A stretch of 64,000 nucleotides of DNA, taken from assembly GCF_006345805.1 (NCBI RefSeq), contig NC_043023.1, positions 20,336,001-20,400,000 of the forward strand, read 5' to 3'. Positions 1-11,134 of this stretch are shown one piece after another; positions within the stretch are counted from its first letter, which is position 1; each line of letters starts with the position of its first letter. Origin of the DNA: Octopus sinensis (Eukaryota). The translations under genes and the position numbers were made by a program. The notes under the pieces are model-generated. The model was not told where the DNA came from. It searched no databases and saw nothing but the letters and a program-made list of their open reading frames with translations.

Positions 1-2309
1 GGGCGGCCGAAATTGGTGAGCCAGACCTCGCTGAGTGGCAGCACCGTGGTTGGAAGTGGTTTGCATGGCTGTGGGGGTCTTATCAGCCTAGCTGGCAGCG
101 GGGGTGGGTGCAACAGTGCCCAGCGTCAACAGGTACAGAGGCAACGCTCGTTTAAGCGTTCAGACGACGAGCTGATCAAGAGGTCGCGAGTGCACTCCAG
201 CTCATATGAACTTTCGCAAGACTTACAGGAGAAGCAGCTGGAGATGCTGGAGAGGAAGTACGGAGGCACGATCCGTTCGAGGCGCGCGGCACGTGTGATT
301 CAGCGCGCTTTCCGCAAATACTGCATGAATAAGAACTTTGAGAAGTTGCGCAATTCCGTTGGTGAGCGCCGGTTGTCGAAACGGCTGTCGGAACTGGGTC
401 GCAGCAACACCGTCTGGACGGACAGAATCAGCTGTGAGATGATGCAGTATACCACGACGACGACAGCAGCCACGGGTGGCACGGTGGGTGGGATCGCAGC
501 TGGCTGCGACGGGTTGCAGAATTATGGCGTGGGCGGCGTAGCGTTGACGATGGCGGAGAGCAAACAGAAGCTGTTGGACCACGAGAAATCGGAGAGCGTG
601 CGGAAGCGAATCGCGGAGATTGAGGCGCGGAAGAACCTCGACAACCGACTGCATCATCACCACCACCCTCAGCAGCAGCAGCAGACCCAGCAATATCACC
701 AGATGTCACTGGATGCCTCTCTGAAGGTGGAGGGCCTGAGGAGGACCGCACAGCAGCGCAAGGAGAAGCGCCGGCTGGAGAGGTCGGCCGAGATCGACCT
801 CAGCTGTATTCCCAGTGAGAACGTGATGGAGGAGGAGGAGGAAGAAGAGGAGGAGGAGGAGGTGGAGGAGGAAGCGTACGAGAGGCGAGACGAGAACGAG
901 ATCACGGCGAAGAGCGGCGGCGACGGTGATGAGAAGGCGGTGACGGGGTCGGAGAAGAAGGGAGACAACAGCAGCAGCAAGAACAAGGGGCAGCAGCAAG
1001 GGAGCAACAGTACGTGCTGTGGCGTCGTTGCCGGGGTTGTAGTCGGTGGCAACAGCAACAACCGGCGACAGGCGACGAACGCAGGCCAGAGCCCCGTCTC
1101 TTCTTCCTCTTCGACGCCGATAACGGCATCAAGCACGACGAACGTGATGCAGCAGCAGGAGCCGAATAACAATCGCAACTCCTACCCCGAGCTAAACGAC
1201 AGCAGTGCGAGTGATTCCCCGCAGGCGACCCCTGTTGAGAGCGCGGTCGACCTGCACAGCCTGGATTTTGAGAATCTTCTGGAGAGCAAAGAGACGGACA
1301 TTTTGAGCGATAGTTTCCATAGCGACAGCGTGCATAGCGACGGCAGCAATCAGGAAGCTGGTTCGTTGATCGGCCATCATCACAAACCGGCCGTCCTGTC
1401 ATCCCTGTCGTCCGTCGATCAACTCGACCCGCGCCTGCACGCCACCAAGGACGGCCACGGCGGCTCGTGCGACAGCATGGGCCGGCTCTATCCGGAGTCC
1501 GGCTTTGCAGCAGAGCTGCCGCCGGAGGTTCAAATCAAGGTTGATCTAGCGTCCCCCGAGGACACGGGACTCGGGGACAGGAAGACGCTCAGTGAAGAAT
1601 CGATAAAGTTTTATGTGAATTCGAAAGTGAAACTGCGCGGCACGGGTAGCGGCGGTAGTAGTGGTGGTGGCGGTGGTGGTGGTGTGAACAGCGGAGGTAA
1701 TGGTGGTGGTGGGGGAGCCGGAAATGTTTCCAGTGTGCGGGAACTGAAGGACAAGAAGGTGTTGGGTGGCGTGCCACCACAAGTGACCCCCGGTGTCGCT
1801 CCCCCTCCTCACCACCACCACCAACACCACCACCATCATCATTCACATCGGTGTGGCCCGGAGGCGTCGCCGATCTGGAAGCGGAAGAGCGCGACGGGCG
1901 TGCTCGGCGGCTCCGGGTCGGGTGCCGCGGCCGCGCCGCCTTCGGCGCCCACCGTCGCGGCCGTGGCTGCAGCGGCGGCGGCCGGCGGTGTGGGGGTGGT
2001 GGGGGGCTGCACGGCGGCCATGTCGGCGATGATGAACAAGGGGGGCGGTGGTGGGGGAGGCGGCGGAGAGGTGAAGCGGATGAGCAACATCTCGGAGACG
2101 AGTGAACCGGAGAGCGTGGACGGGCAGTGCTCCAGCTCGCCCAGTTCGGACAATGTGAGTTCGGAGAACATTAGCATAGGCAGCGAAAACAGTATCAGTT
2201 ACCAGCGGAAAATCCGGATTAGTGTGACCCCGGACCAGCACGTCACCTCCCGCATCGGAGACAAGGAACGGAAACGACTCTACAGGATAGGATTGAATCT
2301 ATTCAACAA
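1..2309 (+). CDS. IQSEC1: IQSEC/BRAG Arf-GEF, large N-terminal coding exon (IQ motif, low-complexity linker, start of Sec7); 5'-partial
   Basis: Frame is open from base 1. It encodes [21 protein letters not shown] and the IQ motif [14 protein letters not shown], both typical of IQSEC1-3/schizo, and ends [13 protein letters not shown] at the donor AA|GTAAGT (GT 2310-2311). The symbol denotes the family, since an invertebrate gene would be co-orthologous to IQSEC1/2/3. Confidence 0.93.
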
Positions 2310-2437
2310 GTAAGTGACAACTTTCTCTCTCTCTCTCTCCTTTTCCTTTCATGTTCACTTACAAACCAGGTGGTCACAGGTTCAATCCCACTGCATGGCA
2401 GCAGAGCTGTGGAGTTGAAAAAAAAAAAAAAAATTCA

Positions 2438-2939
2438 ATTATTTACATTATTTACAATTGACGGATATTTGTCCTCATCTTCTTTGCTGTTAACACAGCA
2501 TTTCAGCTGATATACTCTCCAGCCTTCATCAGGTGTCTTGGGGAAATTACAAACCTGGTTTCTCATTCCTAGGTATTTCTTCTCCTTCTTCTCCTTCTTC
2601 TTCTTCTTCTTCTCTTCTCCTTCTCCTTCTTCTCCTTCTCTTTCTTCTTTTCCTTCTTCTCCTTCTCCTTCTTCTCCTTCTTCTTTTCCTTCTTCTTCTT
2701 CTCCTCCTTCTTCTTCTTCTTCTTCTTCTTCTCCTCCTTCTTCTCCTTCTTCTTCTCCTTATTCACTTTCTTCTTCTTCTCATTCTTCTTCTCCTTCTTT
2801 ACCTTCTTCTTCTTATTCTTCTTCTTCTTCTTCTTCTTCTTATTCTTCTTCTTATTATTATTATTCAGGTCACTGCTTGGAATCAAACTAGGAATCTTGG
2901 GGTTAGTAGCCCACGCTCTTAACCACTATGCCATATGCC
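2438..2939 (-). mobile_element. tRNA-headed short element with hammerhead-like tail (family H1, copy A), internal (AAG)n expansion
   Basis: Minus strand reads GGCATATGGCATAGTGGTTAAGAGC...AGTTTGATTCC (A/B boxes), then GTGACCTGAA(TAA/AAG)n, then body with ACAC-CTGATGA-AGGCTG..CAGCT-GAAA-TGCT-GTGT. Confidence 0.7.
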
Positions 2940-2940
2940 T

Positions 2941-3145
2941 GTGACCTGAATGATAATAATAATAATAACAACAACAACAACATGGAAAAATACCTTAGGA
3001 ATGAGAACCCAGGTTCGAAATTTCCCCAAGACACCTGAAGATGGCTGGAGGGTATATCAGCCGTAAGGTTGTGTTAACAACAAACAAGATGAGGACAAAT
3101 ATCCGTCAAATGTAAATAATTCCTCATCTCTTAAATATAAAACTG
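2941..3145 (+). mobile_element. Headless inverted copy of family H1 (copy B)
   Basis: Same body as copy A in opposite orientation; motif ACAC-CTGAAGA-TGGCTG..CAGCC-GTAA-GGTT-GTGT at 3031-3074. Confidence 0.7.
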
Positions 3146-3257
3146 GAAAAACTTCAGCTTTGACTCTTCTTTATGTAATCAAGCGATTGTGGTCTACAAA
3201 TCTCACAAAGCATACGTTTATATTTAGAGTAGGCCTTTATGTTATAACTGGTTTATA

Positions 3258-3656
3258 TCTTTATATATAAAAGTGAGGTTGTGTGTCTGTCTGTCTCCTA
3301 CGATTTAGATTCCTAACTACTCCCACATTTTGCGGTGCAGTTTAACCAAAACCGGGTATCTTATAGTCGTGATTCATATCGAGCCCTTCTGGGTATTAGC
3401 GCGTGTCTATGATGCGTCTACGATTTAAAAAAAAATTTACCATTTTTTCCCATTTTTAATGCATTTTTTTTGCTATTATATAAGGGAAGTAACTCTCTAA
3501 AAATGTATTATTAAATCTCAGAACGTAAAAAGCTACAGTAACACCCCCCCCTTTGTGGTTAGCCATATTGAGATGGCTATTATACTTTACATCTCTGAAA
3601 ATGCTTATATAATTATTTCCCTTACAAACCCGAGCAACGCCGGGCGATACTGCTAG
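3258..3656 (+). mobile_element. Non-autonomous Helitron
   Basis: Starts 5'-TC after A, ends GCAACGCCGGGCGATACTGCTAG before T. Related copies at 27648-28034 (+) and 35787-36185 (-). Confidence 0.8.
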
Positions 3657-4737
3657 TTAAAGAATAAAGGCATTGTGAGTTGGAATCAGAATAGTTTTAC
3701 CGACTCCAGCTGCCCCTTAATTGTTTCAAACTCCACAGCCCTGCATGGAGCCTTAGGCAGGTGCTTTCTGCTATAACCCTGGATAGACCAAAACCTTGTT
3801 AGCAGGGCCAGATTAAGACCCATAAAGGCCCTAAGCTCATTAAAGATTTCGTTGCCCCCATAAATATATGTAATTCAAAATGAAACAAAACGAAAACCTG
3901 GGAAATAATGTTTATTTTTGTATCCTTCCATTTTATTTATATTTGAAAGGTTTTCTCAATTTTTTTTTTTTATCGCAAAGTCTTTGACCAGATCCTCAAA
4001 ATTGATCTCATGTAACCCATCTGCTTCTGTGCAGGGCCTGGTTTAGACCCATTGAGGCCCTAAGTGCTTCAAAATTTTATTTATTTTTCAAAAGCTAGAA
4101 AATGTCTATTTTTGTATATTTTATTTATATTTGCAAAATCTTTGATCAGATCCTCACTGCGACCCCACAAACCCTTCGATTTTATATTTCCAATCATGTA
4201 AACCACTTTGAATATTATTTCAGCAAGTTTAAAGTGATTTTCTTTAGTAGTGTAGACCATTTACTATTTCTGTGGTGTCCCCTTTCCCTTGATGCTTTAA
4301 GTTTGTGCCTGTTTTGCTTAAAGGCTAATCCAGTGCTGATTGTTAGTGAAACTGAAAGAAGCCCATTGTGTGTGTGTGTGTGTGTGAAGGGCTGAATCAA
4401 ACTGTTTAGATAACGTAACACATACCAGACATGTGGAGTGCCTCTTTCTTACATTTATCCACTCACTCGTATACATAAGTGTATGTGTATGCGTATATCT
4501 GTGCATGTGTATATATATATATATATATATTTAAGTATGCGAATGAATTATCCTATGTTTATCGTCAGCATGGAAAATTCGCTGAACCGAAACCTGGGTA
4601 GCAAATTCACGTCAGAAAACACGGTTGAAGCGACCTGTCAAGGGTAGAAACTCCGGGTTCTTGTGCAGAAATTTGTGTGTTGTATATGAATAAATGAAAG
4701 AATGGAGTCGAACGAAGATGTTAACAAAATTCATTTA

Positions 4738-4819
4738 CTCTCGACACATGTTTCGAAGACAACATTTTCTCATTCCGAAGGAATAAAGGGTGCATTATGC
4801 AATCTTCTCATCAGGAAAG
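4738..4819 (-). ncRNA. Type I hammerhead ribozyme fold, canonical core (Penelope-like pLTR; family H5)
   Basis: CUUUC-CUGAUGA-GAAGAU...GUCUUC-GAAA-CAUGU-GUC-GAGAG: 5-bp stem I, G10.1-C11.1 stem II, palindromic stem III, GUC cleavage triplet. Confidence 0.8.
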
Positions 4820-5171
4820 ATAAGGAGCCTCTCTCAACCACAAGTTGAACAAAAATTTCGATGATTGCCTACATGGTGATCACAGCGATAATGAGTGTTT
4901 TTTTTTTAAAAATCAGTTATAAGCAATGATGTCAAAAATGGGTAGAAGGAGGAAGTAAAAATAGGTAGGGAACAGTATGTTTGCTGTATGTATGGAGATG
5001 TGCAGGTGTGTGCTTGTGTTAATGAGTGCGAATGTTTGTGTGTGTGTATATAACTGCATTTGTGTCTGTGTGTGATTGTGTGTGAGAGAGAAAAATATGC
5101 TGTCTTCGAAACATGTCGAGAGTAAAGGAATTTTGTTAACATCTTCGTTCGACTCCATTCTTTCTTTCATA

Positions 5172-5478
5172 TATATATCACCGTGACCGTCCAGGCTATC
5201 AGATGTTGCTACACATCGCTGGTCACAATGCCCTTTGCATTGTTTTAGCCTTCAAATGACGCCACCCCACTGGCTAAGCGAACAGGCCAACAGAAGAAAG
5301 AGTGAGAGAAAGTTGTAGTGAAAGAGTACAGCAGGGATCACCACCATCCCCTGCCGGAGCCTCGTGGAGATTTAGGTGCTTTCGCTCAATAAACACTAAC
5401 AACGCCCGGTCTGGGAATCGAAACCGCGATCCTACGACCGCGAGTCCGCTGACCTAACCACTGGGCCATTGCGCCTCC
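5172..5478 (-). mobile_element. tRNA-derived SINE (resembles octopus OR-type)
   Basis: Minus strand GGAGGCGCAATGGCCCAGTGGTTAG...GGTTTCGATTCC with A/B boxes. Further copies at 56122-56390 and 60561-60857 (both minus). The OR assignment is from memory. Confidence 0.7.
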
Positions 5479-5492
5479 ACATATATATATAT

Positions 5493-6816
5493 ATGAGATG
5501 CAGCAATGTCAAAGGAAGGCTAACTAGGAAGATGGTTTTGTATGTGGCAGATGCTCAGGAACAATAAACACTGAAAATGCTCTGAGACCAACTTCCGTCA
5601 CTTTCCAGGGAGAAAAACTAGAAATAGTTGATAGTTTCCGTTACCTAGGTGACCAAGTCAGCAGCGGGGGCGGGTGTGCTGAAAATGTAACTGCTAGAGT
5701 AAGAATAGCTTGGGCAAAGTTCAGAGAGCTCTTACCTCTGCTGGTGACAAAAGGCCTCTCGCACAGAGTGAAAGGCAGACTGTATGATGCGTGTGTACGA
5801 ACAGCCATGCTACATGGCAGTGAAACATGGGCCATGACTGCTGAGGATATGAGTAAGCTCGCAAGAAATGAAGCCAGTATGCTCCGATGGATGTGTAATG
5901 TCAGTGTTCATAATCGACAGAGTGTAAGTACCTTGAGAGAAAAGCTGGACCTAAGAAGCATCAGTTGTGGTGTGCAAGAGAGACGTTTGCGCTGGTATGG
6001 TCATGTGGCGAGAATGGATGAAGATAGTTGTGTGAAAAAGTGCCACACCCTAGCGGTTGAGGGAACCTGTGGAAGAGGCAGACCCAGAAAAACCTGGGAC
6101 GAGGTGGTGAAGCACGACCTTCAAACTTTAGGTCTCACTGAGGAAATGACTAGAGACCGAGACCTCTGGAAGTGTGCTGTGCGCGAGAAGACCCGGAAGG
6201 ACAAGTGAGTCCATAACCCGTGGCCTTCTACATGGGATGGAGCCAGCCTACGTATGCATACCTTCCCTTTTTGGGACACAAAACTCTACTTGTGAAGACG
6301 TGTTGAGGCAAGTGAGGATCAGAATCGAATCGATCAATGGAAATTGCGGATGTGTTACCAGTGCCGGTGGCATGTCGAAACTCTACTTGTGAAGACCCGT
6401 TGAGGCAAGTGAGGATCAGAATCGAAATCGATCAATGGAAATCGATCAATGGAAATTGCAGATGTGTTACCAGTGCCGGTGGCATGTAAGAGAACTTTCC
6501 GTTTCGCGACCGTTGCCAGCACCGCCCCGTTTCGTGTCCGTTGCCAGCCTCGCCTGGCCCTCGTGCCGGTGGCACATAAAAAGCACCATCCGTTCGTGGC
6601 CGTTTGCCAGCTCTGTCTGGCACCAGTGCGGGTGGCACGTAAAAAGCACCCACTACACTCACGGAGTGGTTGGCGTTAGGAAGGGCATCTAGCCGTAGAA
6701 ACACTGCCAGATTTGACTGGGCCTGATGAAGCCTTCTGGCTTCACAGACCCCAGTAGAACCGTCCAACCCATGCTAGCATGGAAAACGGACGCTAAACGA
6801 TGATGATGATGATGAT
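5493..6816 (+). mobile_element. 5'-truncated RTE-clade LINE: RT C-terminus + 3'UTR + (GAT)n tail
   Basis: Translation VDSFRYLG...AWAKFREL...LHGSETW...RRLRWYGHVARM...RGRPRKTW, stop at 6206-6208, then a ~600-nt UTR ending AAACGATGATGAT. Confidence 0.9.
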
Positions 6817-6916
6817 AACGGGAAGCTTTATGAAAATAGACAAAAGACGAAGGCAGGTGGAAAACAAACAAACAATTGTATTAGTATGGCGCTCAGGAAA
6901 TATAAATAAAACAAGT

Positions 6917-6952
6917 CTTTAACGTTTCGAGCCTACGCTCTTCAACAGAAAG
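6917..6952 (-). ncRNA. Minimal hammerhead-like motif, family H2
   Basis: CUUU-CUGUUGA-A-GAGC-GUAG-GCUC-GAAA-CG-UU-AAAG. Siblings at 20200-20235, 28128-28163 and 45608-45643 (+). Core positions deviate from CUGANGA. Confidence 0.55.
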
Positions 6953-7259
6953 ATACACAGAGAGAGAAAAACACAGAAAGAAGGAGAGAAAAAAAATGCA
7001 TGCAGTAGCTAACGAATCAACATGGCGATCTGATTTCGGCCAGAGGTCAAAGATCAAACATGAGACGCGAGAGCGAAATAAGGGGAGATAATAGGGTTGA
7101 TAAAAGGGTTGAATGACCACCTATTAGTGCGTAGGAGGGGTCTGGACGTGTGTATGATATATATATATATGTGTGTGTGTGAGAGAGAAAGAGAGTGCCA
7201 CTTAGACATCACTCTCTCTCTCACACACATACATAGAAAAAAGATGTATGCATATAGGC

Positions 7260-7650
7260 ACAGGAGTGTCTGTGTGGTAAGTAGCTTGTTTACCAACCAC
7301 AGGGTTCCGGGTTCAGTCTCACTGCGTGGCACCTTGGGCAAGTGTCTTCTACTATAGCCTCGGGCCGACCAATGCCTTGTGAGTGGATTTGGTAGACAGA
7401 AACTGAAAGAAGCCCGTCGTATATATGTATATATATGTATGTGTCTGTGTTTGTGTTTGTCCCCCTAGCATTGCTTGACAACCGGTGCTGGTGTGTTTAC
7501 GTCCCCGTCACTTAGCGGTTCGGCAAAAGAGACCGATAGAATAAGTACTGGGCTTACAAAAGAATAAGTCCCGGGGTCAAGTTGCTCGATTAAAGGCGGT
7601 GCTCCAGCATGGCCGCAGTCAAATGACTGAAACAAGTAAAAGAGTAAAAG
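7260..7650 (+). mobile_element. tRNA-derived SINE with CORE-like segment and internal TA/TG microsatellite (most abundant family, about 25 copies)
   Basis: GGAGTGGCTGTGTGGTAAG...GGTTCAGTCCC head, GCACCTTGGGCAAG core, tail GAAACAAGTAAAAGAG. Other copies include 8345-9080, 15925-16325, 21930-22320, 24050-24430, 46110-46480, 52620-53030, 55465-55860 and 57520-57910. Confidence 0.85.
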
Positions 7651-7874
7651 AGAGAGATATGTATTTATGTACGTATACGTTACATCACACCCCTTCACTC
7701 ATAGACACACACACACACATAACATTAATTTCTATAAATGGGCATACAGAAACACGTGTGCGTGTGTAACTGACTACAAATACTTTCAGCTGAACAGCGT
7801 GCAAAAAAGAAAATAAATTTTTACGGAAATTAACAAAGTGTGCAAGTTCAAAACAAGATCAAACCCGGAGTGAG

Positions 7875-7956
7875 ATGAATGCAGGAAATGGGAAATGGAA
7901 TTAGAAAGAATCTTCAAAGATTCTTGCTAATTCCATTTTCCATTTCCCGCATTCAT
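7875..7956. other. 82-nt imperfect hairpin (39-bp arms, 4-nt loop)
   Basis: Arms 7875-7913 and 7918-7956 are complementary apart from 2 mismatches and 1 G-U. Confidence 0.85.
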
Positions 7957-8344
7957 TATAAACTCAATGAATTCCTGACGTAGATCCAGTTAGAATTATA
8001 TCATAACTGCGGATGACATCAGGTAGCCTAAATGGTGAGAGTGCTTCAACCCTTTCGTTAATGTATTTCTGTTGAGATGCTCTGGGTTTCCTTCAATTAA
8101 TTTTAAATATAACAAAGAATTTAGTAAAATAACTTAGTTATCCTTAAGCTAAGTGTTAGGAACATAAATTGTGACTAAGGTTTGGTGGAAGATTTTAATT
8201 CAGAACTTAAAAAAACAAAACATTTGTACGACAGGGCCAAAGGTGGTTTCAGCCAGGTTGGTATCAAAAGGGTAAATGGTAAACACTAACCATAAAACCA
8301 AAGTCCAAATAATTATTTGTATATGGATGTGTATGTATTCTTTT

Positions 8345-9080
8345 ATTATTTTAAGCATTTGACTGTGGCCATGCTGGAGCAATGCCTTTAGTCGAACAAA
8401 TCGACCACAGGACTTATTCTTTGGAAGCCTAGTACTTATTCTATCGGTCTCTTTTTGCCGACCGCTAAGTGACGGGGACATAAACACACTAGCATCGGTT
8501 GTCAAGCAATGCTAGGGGGACAAACACAGACACACGCATATATATATATATATACATTTATACGACGGCTTCTTTCAGTTTCCGTCTACCAAATCCACTC
8601 ACAAGGCATTGGTCGGCCCGGGGCTATAGTAGGAGACACTTACCGAAGGTGCCACGCAGTGGGACTGAACCCGGAACCATGTGGTTGGTAAACAAGCTAC
8701 TTACCACACAGCCACTCCTGTAGCTTGCTTACCAACCACATGGTTCCGGGTTCAGTCCCACTGCATGGTATCTTGGGCAAGTGTCTTCTGCTATAGCCCC
8801 GGGCTGACCAAAGCCTTGTGAGTGGATTTGGTAGACGGAGACTGAAAGAAGCCCATCATATATGTGTATATATATATGTGTATGTCTGTGTTTATCTCCC
8901 CAACATTGCTTGACAACCGATGCTGGTGTGTTTATGTCCCTGTCACTTAGCCGTTTGGCAAAAGGGACTGATAGAATAAGTACTGGGCTTACAAAGAATA
9001 AGTCCTGGGGTCAATTTGCTCGACTAAAGCAAGGTGCTCCAGCATGGCCACAGTCAAATGGCTGAAACAAGTAAAAGAGT
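8345..9080. mobile_element. Head-to-head inverted pair of CORE-like SINEs
   Basis: Minus copy ~8345-8719 abuts a plus copy ~8720-9080 with essentially no spacer. Confidence 0.8.
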
Positions 9081-9429
9081 ATTCATCAAGTGGTGGTGGG
9101 GTAGGCAGGTGTGGGTCCCCTTAGATACCACTGTGACTATTTATCCTACTACCCAGCCCTATAGAGAAAAGGGAGCTGGGGGGGGGGGCTCCATTCTTCA
9201 TGGTTGCAGTGGTGGTGGTGGTGGTGGTGGTGGTGACATTTCAACCTGCCATAACTTCAGATTGTCAGCACATCTGGAACAGTGTGTGTTGGGGGTGAGG
9301 GAGGGGGGTGTATTCCCATTATTTTCCCTTTAAACACAATTCTCTCTCTGCCCCCCCCCCCTCCACCTTATATTGATAATCCATAATTTCAGTTTCTCTA
9401 CTGATTGGGAACTGCTGATCTGGCTTTGT

Positions 9430-9604
9430 AGTTTGGTGTGTGTGTGTGTGTGTGTGCATGCCTGTATGTGCCTCTCTGGGTGTGTGTGTGTGCATATATC
9501 TGTTTGCGTGTGTGTGTGCATATGTTTATGTGTGTGTGCGTGTGCATATATCTGTTTATGTGTGTGTGTGTGTGTATGTGTGCACATGTATTTGTGTATG
9601 TGGA

Positions 9605-9644
<40 letters not shown>

Positions 9645-9980
9645 CACATATCTGTGTATGTGGATCTGTGTATGTGTGTGTGTGTGTGTGCCCATATCTG
9701 TGTATGTGCCTCTGTGTGTGTGTGTGTGTGTATGTGTGCACATGTATTTGTGTATGTGGATCTGTGTGTGTGTGTGTGTGTGCCCATATCTGTGTATGTG
9801 CCTCTGTGTGTGTGTGTGTGTGTATGTGTGCACATGTATTTGTGTATGTGGATCTGTGTATGTGTGTGCGTGTGTGTGTGTGTGTGCCCATATCTGTGTA
9901 TGTGCCTCTGTGTGTGTGTGTGTGTGCCCATATCTGTGTATGTGCCTCTGTGTGTGTGTGTGTGTGTGTGTGTGCCTGCG
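9430..9980. repeat. Compound (TG)n/(TA)n microsatellite
   Basis: Direct inspection. Confidence 0.9.
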
Positions 9981-10393
9981 TACGTAGCTGTATGTCTGTG
10001 TCAATCCGTGTGTGGCTGCCTAAATGCACCACTGGTGTGATTTGGGCAATTGACTGTGTGTGCGTGCGTGTGGTGCCCTGCTGCAAGGCTTCATGCAATC
10101 ATCTATGAAAGTGAGGGGGGGGTGTAGTGAATCATCACCTGCCTACAAATACAGGCTGCTACTGCTGCTGCCGCATGTTACAGGATATGTCATTCTAGGC
10201 ATCTGTGCTTTCAGATGTGCGTTTGTGTGTGTGGAGTGGCTGTGTGGTAAGTAGCTTGCTTCCCAACCACATGGTTCCGGGTTCAGTCCCACTGCGTGGC
10301 ATCTTGGGCAAGTGTCTTCTGCTATAGCCCCGGGCAGACCAAAGCCTTGTGAGTGGATTTGGTAGACGGAAACTGAAAGAAGCCCCTAGTATA

Positions 10394-10450
<57 letters not shown>

Positions 10451-10657
10451 CAATTTAACAAATAAAACATATGCATACATACATCTATATATATATATAG
10501 GCGCAGGAGTGGCTGTGTGGTAAATAGCTTGCTTACCAACCACATGGTTCCGGGTTCAGTCCCACTGCGTGACACCTTGGGCAAGTGTCTTCTACTATAG
10601 CCCCGGGCAGACCAAAGCCTTGTGAGTGGATTTGGTAGACGGAAACTGAAAGAAGCC

Positions 10658-11130
10658 TGTTAGTGCTGTTTTCTGCGAGTGATCCACCCTTATTGCAGCC
10701 CCTATTTGTTCCATGTACTTCTCGAGATTTTTGCTCACAGTTCCCAGGGCTCCGACAATTATTGGTACTACTACCACCTTTTTCATCGACCACAACTGCT
10801 TAACCTCCCAAGCTAACCTGTCATATCTCTCGACTTTTCTTTCTTCCTTATCCTTGTTGTCGGCTGGGCATGCTATGTCTATGATCCAGCATCGTTTGCT
10901 TTCTTTCTCAATTAAGACTATGTCTGGCTTCCTATTCTCTATCTCATGGTCGCACAGAATCATAAAATCCCACAGGATCTTTGCATTTCTATTTTCAACA
11001 ATGCCTTCAGATTTGTGGCCGTACCAATCTTTTGTTCTGTCAAGTCCCAACTTGTTGCAAAGTGTCCAATGGACAATCCTCGCTATATTGTCATGGCATC
11101 TCTTGTATTCCTTCTGGGCTTGTGGCGTAC
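10658..11130 (-). mobile_element. R4/Dong-like non-LTR retrotransposon fragment (restriction-like endonuclease C-terminus)
   Basis: Translation QKEYKRCHDNIARIVHWTLC...KILWDF...KPDIVLIEK...IIDIACP...VPIIVGALG. Confidence 0.85.
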
Positions 11131-11134
11131 ATCG

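Noticed and set aside
13-2313. 766-aa ORF as a complete single-exon gene
   Set aside because: The frame is open upstream of the TTG, and the TAA at 2311-2313 lies within the GTAAGT donor. It is an internal or partial exon.
3800-4260. CAGGGCC-starting duplicated segments as a defined DNA transposon
   Set aside because: No matching right TIR or TSD could be identified; left unclassified.
5400-5478. SINE heads as tRNA genes (also 19141, 56570, 60780)
   Set aside because: A/B boxes are present but no complete cloverleaf, and they are fused to repeat bodies.
9330-10108. Cys/Val- and His/Thr-rich ORFs (also at 18 kb, 32-34 kb, 40 kb and 58 kb)
   Set aside because: TG/CA dinucleotide repeats lacking stop codons; not metallothioneins or other proteins.
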